Source: an uncultured Chloroflexia bacterium (lineage in GTDB: Bacteria; Chloroflexota; Limnocylindria; Limnocylindrales; CSP1-4). From it: a stretch of DNA of 64,000 nt. The position numbers and the translations under genes were made by a program. Below are positions 56,823 to 64,000 of this stretch, one piece after another. The notes under the pieces are model-generated. The model made no database searches and was not told where the DNA came from. It saw nothing but the letters and a program-made list of their open reading frames with translations. The stretch is taken from assembly GCA_963819655.1 (NCBI GenBank), contig CAWFXA010000003.1:256001-320000 (forward strand), given 5' to 3'. The number at the start of each line of letters is the position of its first letter. Within the stretch, counting starts at the first letter, position 1.

Positions 56823-57956
56823 ATGGTGGGAGGGGCCACGGAGACGATGATCGGGGCCGCGCGGCTGCCGCTGGCCGACAGCCCGCTGGGCCGGACCGTG
56901 GCCACGACGTCGACCGACATCTGGAACGACTCGTGCGCGGTCGACGAGCTCGAGTACGCGATCTCGTTCGGTGCGGTCGGCGCGACCGCCAACCCGACCA
57001 TCGTCACCGACGTCTGGAAGGCCGACCCCGCTCACTGGCGCAACCGGGTGCGGAACCTCGCCGACGAGCGACCCGACGCGACCGAGATCGACCTCGCCTG
57101 GGCGATCGTCGAGGAGATGTCGCTCCGCGCCGCGCCGCTCCTGCTGCCGGCGTTCGAGGCATCCGGTGGCCGCCATGGCCGGCTGTCGATGCAGACCGAC
57201 CCGACGCTGTTCAGGTCCTTCGATCGCATGCTGGCCCAGGGCGAGCATTTCGCCTCGCTCGCCCCGAACATCGTGGTCAAGTTCCCGGCGACGTCGGTCG
57301 GCGTCCGGGTCATGGAAGAGGCGACCTACCGGGGCGTGAGCGTCAACGCGACCGTGTCGTTCAGCGTGCCCCAGGCCGTCGCGGCCGGCGAGGCCGTCGA
57401 GCGCGGGCTCCGACGGCGCGAAGCCGAGGGCTTGCCGGTCGATGACATGGGGCCGGTGATCACGGTCATGATGGGCCGCCTCGAGGACTGGCTGCGGGTC
57501 CAGACGGAGCGCGACGGGGTCGTCGCCGACCCCTCGACCCTGCCCTGGTCCGGCGTGGCGGTCTTCAAACGGACCGTCGCCGAGTTCCGGGATCGCGGCC
57601 TGCGCGCACGACCGCTCGGGGCGGCGATCCGCCACCACCTCCACTGGTCGGAGCTCATCGGCGGCGATGTGGTGATCACGATGCCGGCGACCTGGCAGCG
57701 TCGGTTCAACGCGTCGTCGGTCGAGGTCCGGCCGCGGATGGACGACCCGGTCGATCCGGCCATCGTGGATGAGCTGCAGCGGCACTTCCCGGATTTCGTC
57801 CGCGCCTACGAGCCCGACGGACTCGCGCCCGCGGAGTTCGACTCGTTCGGGCCGAGCGCGCGGACGCTCCGGGCATTCGTCGGGTCGTACCACGAGCTGC
57901 TCCATCAGGTCGGCGACGCGCTGGTCCCGAACCCGGACGTCAAGCCGCCCTCGTGA
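56823..57956 (+). CDS. Transaldolase/FSA family class I aldolase
   Basis: 'WND', 'GATANPTI', Schiff-base Lys 'VVKFPAT', 'NATVSFS', 'GRLED'. Start may be 56847. Confidence 0.88.
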   Translation: MVGGATETMIGAARLPLADSPLGRTVATTSTDIWNDSCAVDELEYAISFGAVGATANPTIVTDVWKADPAHWRNRVRNLADERPDATEIDLAWAIVEEMSLRAAPLLLPAFEASGGRHGRLSMQTDPTLFRSFDRMLAQGEHFASLAPNIVVKFPATSVGVRVMEEATYRGVSVNATVSFSVPQAVAAGEAVERGLRRREAEGLPVDDMGPVITVMMGRLEDWLRVQTERDGVVADPSTLPWSGVAVFKRTVAEFRDRGLRARPLGAAIRHHLHWSELIGGDVVITMPATWQRRFNASSVEVRPRMDDPVDPAIVDELQRHFPDFVRAYEPDGLAPAEFDSFGPSARTLRAFVGSYHELLHQVGDALVPNPDVKPPS

Positions 57957-58843
57957 TCGGCGGCCCCGGGATGACCGGCCTCTATCGGCCGGCCGGTTCG
58001 CTCGCGGTCGACGGCTGGTCGGTGGTCCTCACGCCCGAGGACGCGGGATGGGCCTTTAGCGGCCTCCGTTCTGGCACGCTGGCACAAGGCGGGAGCCTCG
58101 CCTTCGACTCCGGGGCGGATGAGGTCGTCGTCCTCCCGCTCGAGGGCGGTTTCGACGTCGTCGTCGACGGCGAGCTGTATCGCCTCGTTGGCCGGGCGAG
58201 CGTGTGGGCTGGCCCGACCGATTTCGTCTACGCCCCGCCCGGGTCGAGCGTCGAAGTGTCCAGCAGCGCAGGCGGACGGTTCGCCGTCGCGATGGCCCGT
58301 GGCGAGCGCCGCTATCCCGTGCGCCACGTGCCCGCGTCGGCGGTCTCGGTGGAGCTGCGCGGCGCGGGTGCGTCGTCCCGAGAGGTCCGCAACTTCGCGG
58401 CGGCGGATCGTTTCGAGGCGGATCGCCTGATCGCCGTCGAGGTTTTGTCGCCGGGCGGCAACTGGGGCTCTTATCCGCCCCACAAGCACGACGAGGTCCG
58501 CGACGGCGAGACCGACCTCGAGGAGATCTACCACTACGTCGTGGCGGACGGCCCGTCCGGTCCGGGGCTCGCATACCAGCACATCTACGGCACGCCCGAT
58601 CGCCCGATCGACCTGCTGACCACCGTCCGGACAGGCGACGTCGTGCTGGTCCCGAACGGCTGGCACGGCCCGGCGATGGCCGCGCCCGGATACGACCTGT
58701 ACTACCTCAACGTGATGGCCGGCCCCGGCGAGCGTGCGTGGCGGGCGTGCGACGACCCGGCGCACGCGTGGGTGCGCGACACCTGGGCGGGCCAGGCCGT
58801 TGACCCGCGTTTGCCCTTCGGACGGGGTGGCATCGGCTCGTAG
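57953..58843 (+). CDS. iolB: 5-deoxy-glucuronate isomerase
   Basis: 'ELRGAG..SREV.N', 'PGGNWGSYPPHKHD', 'LEEIY', 'GYDLYYLNVMAGP'. Confidence 0.94.
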   Translation: MIGGPGMTGLYRPAGSLAVDGWSVVLTPEDAGWAFSGLRSGTLAQGGSLAFDSGADEVVVLPLEGGFDVVVDGELYRLVGRASVWAGPTDFVYAPPGSSVEVSSSAGGRFAVAMARGERRYPVRHVPASAVSVELRGAGASSREVRNFAAADRFEADRLIAVEVLSPGGNWGSYPPHKHDEVRDGETDLEEIYHYVVADGPSGPGLAYQHIYGTPDRPIDLLTTVRTGDVVLVPNGWHGPAMAAPGYDLYYLNVMAGPGERAWRACDDPAHAWVRDTWAGQAVDPRLPFGRGGIGS

Positions 58844-58953
58844 GGGCGTGCGTTCGGACGACGCACCCGACGGCGCACCGCGGCCTCGTGGAGGGGGCCC
58901 CGTACCTGTAGATTCGGTGCACCCGTCATGTCGTACCAGAACGGACCCCACAC

Positions 58954-60267
58954 ATGGACACACGCGAGCCGACCCGGATCCCCGAGGAGCTGAAGCGAGC
59001 GTGGCCGGACATCCGCCCGGAGGACAAGGCCGCCGTGATGGCCGTCCTCGAGCGCGGGGTGCTCGGAGGGGTGGGAGCTCCCGAATCCACGGCACTCGAG
59101 GCAGAGTGGGCGGCGTTCGTCGGGCGCTCGACAGGCCTGCTCTTCAACTCCGGCACGGCGGCGATCCACGCAGCCTTATACGGGATCGACCTGCGGCCGG
59201 GCGACGAGGTCATCACCACCTCGTTCACGTTCGCCGGGACGTGGCAGCCGATCCTCCAGCAGCTCGGCATCCCGGTCTTCGTCGACATCGATCCGCGGAC
59301 GTACACGCTCGACGCCGGCCAGATCGAGGCCAAGATCGGCCCGCGGACCCGGGCGATCATCGCGGTGCACATCCAGGGCATGCCGTGCGACATGGACGAG
59401 ATCCTCGACATCGCGGATCGGCACGGGCTGCACGTCATCGAGGACGCCTGCCAGGCGCACGGCGCCACCTACAAGGGACGCCAGGCCGGGTCCATGGGCG
59501 TCGTCGGCTGCTACAGCCTGAACTCGAGCAAGATCCTGACGGGCGGCGAAGGCGGCCTGTTGGTGGCCGATGACCCGGACGTCATCCACAGGGCGCGGCG
59601 GCTCCGGACCTTCGGTGAGGACATCCCCGAGCTGGCCCGCCTGACCGGCTGGAACTTCCGGCCCTACACGGTCCATTCGGTCGGTTGGAACTACCGGCAC
59701 CAGGAGATGCCGGCCGCGCTCGCGCGATCGCAGCTGAGGCGTCTGCCCGACTATATCGCCACCGGCCAGCGGAACGCGGCGTACCTGACAGAACAGCTGT
59801 CGAGTGTGCCCGGCATCACGCCGCCGTACGTCCCGGCGGATCGGACGTCGAGCTACTACGAGTATCGCGTCCGCCTCGAGCCGGCCGAGCTCGGTCTGGG
59901 TCACGTCGAGAAGACTGCGTTCCGCGATGCCCTCGGCAAGACGCTCCAGGCACAGGGCGTCGGCTGCGAGCTATGGCACACCGAGCCTGCCCCGGCCTTC
60001 CCGATCTTCCAGAACCGCGAGGGCTTCGGCGGTCGGTTCCCGTGGACGCAGCCGCCCGCCGGCCGTGACATCACCTACGTCCCGGCGGATTTCCCGGAAG
60101 CGCAGGCGCTGCTCGATTCGTCGCTCGTCATCTGCGACATGCGCCACCCGATCTTCGTCCAGTCGCTCGAGCTGATGGAGATGTACGTCGAGCGGATCCG
60201 AGCCGTCCTGGCCGATCCGGAGCGCATCCTCGACGCGACGGATTCGCCGCGGCCGATCCCGGCCTGA
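58954..60267 (+). CDS. DegT/DnrJ/EryC1/StrS family sugar or cyclitol aminotransferase
   Basis: 'NSGTAAI', 'GDEVIT', 'IEDACQAHGA', PLP Lys 'SLNSSKILTGGEGG', 'GWNYR'. Confidence 0.93.
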   Translation: MDTREPTRIPEELKRAWPDIRPEDKAAVMAVLERGVLGGVGAPESTALEAEWAAFVGRSTGLLFNSGTAAIHAALYGIDLRPGDEVITTSFTFAGTWQPILQQLGIPVFVDIDPRTYTLDAGQIEAKIGPRTRAIIAVHIQGMPCDMDEILDIADRHGLHVIEDACQAHGATYKGRQAGSMGVVGCYSLNSSKILTGGEGGLLVADDPDVIHRARRLRTFGEDIPELARLTGWNFRPYTVHSVGWNYRHQEMPAALARSQLRRLPDYIATGQRNAAYLTEQLSSVPGITPPYVPADRTSSYYEYRVRLEPAELGLGHVEKTAFRDALGKTLQAQGVGCELWHTEPAPAFPIFQNREGFGGRFPWTQPPAGRDITYVPADFPEAQALLDSSLVICDMRHPIFVQSLELMEMYVERIRAVLADPERILDATDSPRPIPA

Positions 60268-60283
60268 CACGACGAGCCACCGG

Positions 60284-61396
60284 ATGGAGGACGCGGTCGG
60301 CATCGGGATCCTCGGGGCCGGCTGGATCACGCGGGCGCACGGACATGCGCTCCGCACGCTCGGACACGTCGCCCCGCTCGCCAGGCCCATCCGCCTGACC
60401 GCGATGGCGGCTCGGAACCAAGACCGCGGCGAGGCGATGGCCCGCGACCTCGGCGTCGAACGGTTCACCACCGACTGGGCCGACGTGGTCAACGACCCGC
60501 GCGTCGACGTCGTGGCCAACCTCCTGGGCGAGTCGGCGCACCGCGAGGCGACGGAGGCCGCGCTCGCGCTCGGCAAGCCTGTCCTGTGCGAGAAACCGTT
60601 GGGTCGGGATCGGTTCGAGGCCGGGTCGATGCTGGCAGCGGCCGAGCGAGCTGGCGTGCCCGCCGCCTGCGGCTACAACTATCGGTACGTCCCCGCGATG
60701 CGCCTCGCGCGTCAGATCGTCGAGAGCGGCAGGCTCGGCACGCTGGTGCAGTACCGGGCGGTCTACCTCCAGGACCACGCCGCGGGCCGTGTCCCGAGCC
60801 GGCGTCCGAACGCATCCCGGGCCGTCACCGACTACGCCCACATCGTCGACTTCCTGCGCTACCTCGGCGGGGAACCCGAGGCGGTGCAAGCGTCGTCAGC
60901 CAAGCTGACGACGGGCGGCGCGGACCTCGAGGACGCCTATGTTGCTGCAGTGAGCCTGCGAGGCGGCGGGATCGCATCGCTCGAGGCCTCCCGTGTCGCC
61001 CGGGGCTGGAAGGGCCGCCAGGTCATCGAGTACAACGGCACCGAGGGTTCGCTGTGGTGGGACATGGAGGACCTCAACCGCCTGCACGTCTTCTACGCCA
61101 CTGACGAGGCCGATCGCACGGGCGGGTTCCGTGACGTGCTCGTGACCCAGGCCGACCATCCGTTCCTCGACATGTGGTGGCCGCCTGGTCACACGATCGG
61201 CTGGGAGCACAGCTTTGCCCACGAATGGCACGACTTCCTCGGGGCGGTCATCGACGGGCGTCCGTTGTCGCCCGAGCAGGCGTCCTTCCGGGACGGGTAC
61301 GAGGCGGCGGTCCTGTGCGACGCGATCATCGCCTCGGCCGCCGAGGGTCGCCGGGTCACGATCGACGAGATGACCGCGACTGCGGCTCCGGGATGA
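60284..61396 (+). CDS. Gfo/Idh/MocA family oxidoreductase
   Basis: 'GILGAGWI', 'LCEKPL', 'YNYRYVPA', 'WWPPGHTIGWEHSF'. Confidence 0.92.
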   Translation: MEDAVGIGILGAGWITRAHGHALRTLGHVAPLARPIRLTAMAARNQDRGEAMARDLGVERFTTDWADVVNDPRVDVVANLLGESAHREATEAALALGKPVLCEKPLGRDRFEAGSMLAAAERAGVPAACGYNYRYVPAMRLARQIVESGRLGTLVQYRAVYLQDHAAGRVPSRRPNASRAVTDYAHIVDFLRYLGGEPEAVQASSAKLTTGGADLEDAYVAAVSLRGGGIASLEASRVARGWKGRQVIEYNGTEGSLWWDMEDLNRLHVFYATDEADRTGGFRDVLVTQADHPFLDMWWPPGHTIGWEHSFAHEWHDFLGAVIDGRPLSPEQASFRDGYEAAVLCDAIIASAAEGRRVTIDEMTATAAPG

Positions 61397-62619
61397 CGGC
61401 TCGCCCGCCGGCCATCGGGATCGCGCTGGTCGGTGCCGGCACGATGGCCGCCGCACATGGCGCTGCACTGACATTGTTCGGCGCTCTCTATCCGGCGCTG
61501 CCCCGCGGCGTGCGTCTGGTCGCGGTGGCGGACGTCAACGAGGCACTTGCCGCACGCCTTGCCGCACGTTTCGGGTTCGAGCGGGTCGAGCACGACTGGC
61601 GTCGCGTCGTCGAAGCGCCCGATGTCGACCTCGTCGTTGCCTGCCTGCCGCCCGTGCTGAACCACGAGGTCGTACTCGCCGCCGCAGCCGCCGGCAAGCA
61701 CATCGTCAGCGAGAAGCCGCTGGCCGAATCCGCTGCCGCCGCCATGGAGCTGTTGGAGGCGTGCCGCGCCGCGGGCGTCTTCCACGGGCTCGGCGCCGCC
61801 TACCGCTGGAACCCGGCGCTCCGGGCGATCCGCGAACTGATCGATGACGGCGAGCTCGGCGAGATCAGGTCCCTGCAGGCCAGCTTCATGCTCGACTACG
61901 CGGCCGATCCCGAGGTGCCGCTCCTGTGGCGGTTCCAGCGAGCCCTGGCCGGCGGCGGGATCGGGATCGACACCGGCTACCACATCGTCGATTGCGCCCG
62001 CTACCTGGTGGACGAGATCATCGACGTGCAGAGCCTGACGCAGACGTTCATCGCCGAGCGTCCGCTGCCCGCTGCGGATGCGATCGGCAACCGGGGGGGC
62101 GGCGCAGGCGAGTCGAGCGACGGAGCTCGCGGCCCGGTCGACGTCGAGGACGCGATGGCCGCGCTGGTGACGTTCACGGGAGGAGCCTATGGCGTGCTGG
62201 AGACGAGCCGCGTGGCGATCGGCCGGCGCGTGTCGCTGCGGCTGGACGTCTTCGGCTCGACCGGATCGGCCGCGTGGGACCTCGAGCAGCCGGACGAGTT
62301 CCGGGTCTGCCTGCCAGGGGACTCGGCGACGTTCGGTTACCGCCGCGTGCTGGTCAATCCGACCCACCCGGGTGCGGCCGAGCTGCTCATCGGCGGCACC
62401 GATGGGACCTCGATCGGCTGGCTCGGTCAGGGCTGCGCGATGTGGGCGGAATTCCTGACGGCGATCGCCGAGGGACGCCAGGCGCACGCGGACTTCGAGG
62501 ATGGCGTCCGCGACAACGCCGTGATCGACGCGATCTATGCATCGGCCGCCAGCGGCATCCGGACGCCCGTCACCCAACCCGCCGGTCTCGACCCGGCGCT
62601 GGAAGGAGTCATGCCGTGA
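61393..62619 (+). CDS. Gfo/Idh/MocA family oxidoreductase
   Basis: ATGA overlap at 61393; 'LVGAGTMA', 'SEKPL', 'WRF...AGGG...DTGYHIVD', 'VDVED'. Confidence 0.92.
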   Translation: MTARPPAIGIALVGAGTMAAAHGAALTLFGALYPALPRGVRLVAVADVNEALAARLAARFGFERVEHDWRRVVEAPDVDLVVACLPPVLNHEVVLAAAAAGKHIVSEKPLAESAAAAMELLEACRAAGVFHGLGAAYRWNPALRAIRELIDDGELGEIRSLQASFMLDYAADPEVPLLWRFQRALAGGGIGIDTGYHIVDCARYLVDEIIDVQSLTQTFIAERPLPAADAIGNRGGGAGESSDGARGPVDVEDAMAALVTFTGGAYGVLETSRVAIGRRVSLRLDVFGSTGSAAWDLEQPDEFRVCLPGDSATFGYRRVLVNPTHPGAAELLIGGTDGTSIGWLGQGCAMWAEFLTAIAEGRQAHADFEDGVRDNAVIDAIYASAASGIRTPVTQPAGLDPALEGVMP

Positions 62620-63989
62620 CCGACACCGATCAGACGCGACCGGTGTCCGCGACGGCACTCGACTGGCCGGTGCCGACCACCCGTTCGGCGCAGCTCCACG
62701 CTCGGGCGAGCGCCGTCTCGCCGGGCGGCGTCCAAGGCGAAGGGCGGAGTGCCAACCCGTACCCGCTGTTCATGACGCGCGCCCAGGGATCGCGCATCTG
62801 GGACGTCGATGGGAACGAATACATCGACTTCCACAACTCGTTCGGGGCGGTCCTGCTGGGGCACAACGACGCACGGATAAACGAAGCCGTCAAGCGCACG
62901 ATGGACGAGCATGGCGTGTCGTTCTCGACCGCCAATCCCTTCGAGGTCGAGCTCGCAGAGCGGCTCGTCGAGATGATCCCGTCGGCCGACCGGGTGGTCT
63001 TCAGCTGCACCGGGTCGGAGGCGACCTACCACGCGATCCGGCTCGCGCGGGGGTTCACCGGTCGGGAACGGATCCTCAAGTTCGAGGGGAATTACCACGG
63101 CTGGCACGACTACGTCGCGTGGAGCCACCATTTCGCGACCGACGCGGAGGAGGCTGTCCCCGTGGCCGCATCGGCTGGCATCCCCGAGCTCGTGCGCGAT
63201 CTGGTCGTCGTCCGCGAGTACAACGACGACGCCGCCGTGCGGGACGTCCTGGCTCGTGAAGGGAACTCGATCGCCGCGGTCATCATGGAGCCCGTCTTCC
63301 ACAACGCGGGCGCAGTTCTGCCGGAGCCGGGCTTCCTCGAGGCGATCCGCGAGGCCTGTACCGACGCGGGCGTCGTCCTGATCTTTGACGAGATCATCAC
63401 AGGCTTCCGGCACGCCCCGGGCGGCGCCCAGGAACAATTCGGCGTCACGCCCGACCTCACGACGCTTGGCAAGGCGCTCGGCAATGGCTTCCCGATCTCA
63501 GCGCTCGCCGGGCGCGCCGACATCATGGATCGGCTCGGGCCCAAGGGCGACGTGCTGTTCGCGGGCACCTTCGCCGGCCACACGCTGAATGCCGCCGTGG
63601 CCCTGGAGGTCACGCGGATCGTCCGCGAGGGGTCGATCCATGGCCATATCGCGGGCCTCGGGCGACGCCTGACGAGCGGGATCCAGGCGGCCATCGACGA
63701 CACCGGCGCTCGAGTGCAGGTCCGCGAGTCGGCCGGCGTGTGGACGATGTACTTCACCGACGAGCCGATCCGCCGGTTCCGCGACTTCGCCCGGTTCGCG
63801 ATGGACAAGGACCACCCGGTCCAACGGGCGTACCGGGGCTGGCTCCTCGAGCGTGGCATCTACGTCCACCCGCACTACATGATCCGGGGCTTCCTCACGG
63901 GCGCCCACACCGAGGACGACGTCGATCGGGTGGTGGATGCGACCGCGGGGTTCCTGAGGGCCAACCGCGAGATGCTCGGGGTGCAGTAG
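62616..63989 (+). CDS. Class III PLP aminotransferase (glutamate-1-semialdehyde aminomutase-like paralog)
   Basis: GTG 62616; 'WDVDGNEYID', 'TGSEAT', 'FEGNYHG', 'FDEIITGFR', PLP Lys 'LGKALGNGFP', 'GTFAG'. Confidence 0.92.
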   Translation: MTDTDQTRPVSATALDWPVPTTRSAQLHARASAVSPGGVQGEGRSANPYPLFMTRAQGSRIWDVDGNEYIDFHNSFGAVLLGHNDARINEAVKRTMDEHGVSFSTANPFEVELAERLVEMIPSADRVVFSCTGSEATYHAIRLARGFTGRERILKFEGNYHGWHDYVAWSHHFATDAEEAVPVAASAGIPELVRDLVVVREYNDDAAVRDVLAREGNSIAAVIMEPVFHNAGAVLPEPGFLEAIREACTDAGVVLIFDEIITGFRHAPGGAQEQFGVTPDLTTLGKALGNGFPISALAGRADIMDRLGPKGDVLFAGTFAGHTLNAAVALEVTRIVREGSIHGHIAGLGRRLTSGIQAAIDDTGARVQVRESAGVWTMYFTDEPIRRFRDFARFAMDKDHPVQRAYRGWLLERGIYVHPHYMIRGFLTGAHTEDDVDRVVDATAGFLRANREMLGVQ

Positions 63990-64000
63990 CTCCCGGGCGG

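Noticed and set aside
58848-58927. Possible structured RNA before the DegT aminotransferase (GACGG/CCGTC, GCACCG/CGGTGC, GTGCGT/ACGCAC)
   Set aside because: Stems are only 5-6 bp in very GC-rich DNA and there is no recognisable motif or expression platform, so chance cannot be excluded.
823-63908. Many long alternative-frame and antisense ORFs in the track (e.g. 4638-7112, 33745-35703, 37013-39547, 51364-52944)
   Set aside because: They are Arg/Gly/Pro-rich shadows of genuine high-GC genes, have no family motifs and fully overlap better-supported CDSs.
62616-63989. hemL assignment
   Set aside because: The fold is GSA-aminomutase-like, but the context is cyclitol metabolism with no tetrapyrrole genes, so no symbol is given.

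Overview
A high-GC bacterial chromosomal window, densely coding, with no rRNA, tRNA, CRISPR array, transposase or prophage that I can recognise. The gene mix suggests a monoderm soil or freshwater lineage such as Chloroflexota or Actinomycetota; this is inference only. In order it holds: the 3' end of valS; an alpha-glycoside uptake and hydrolysis locus (ABC transporter, GH38, Gfo/Idh/MocA, GH13); a cluster of uncharacterised zinc-ribbon and HTH genes facing a kinase-less fhaA-fhaB-rodA-pbpA operon; a MoxR-DUF58-transglutaminase operon; a three-gene serine operon; a hypothetical gene behind a strongly structured leader RNA; a C39-like peptidase, murJ, a divergent AhcY-like gene, SSADH, an HD protein and rarA; a UvrD/PD-(D/E)XK helicase-nuclease; M20 amidohydrolase, agmatinase-family and methyltransferase genes; a CpaE/MinD-like-murI-zincin-dehydrogenase-ychF operon; and a LacI-associated inositol-type locus extended by two aminotransferases and two extra dehydrogenases. 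The best novelty candidates are the putative aminocyclitol catabolic pathway (50.4-64 kb), two candidate cis-regulatory RNAs (27.1 kb and 41.5 kb) and a FYVE-like zinc-finger coiled-coil protein opposite the FHA operon. Three genes (GH38, AhcY-like, murI) each carry a single-base frameshift, probably sequencing error. All product calls come from motif recognition by eye, not from database searches.
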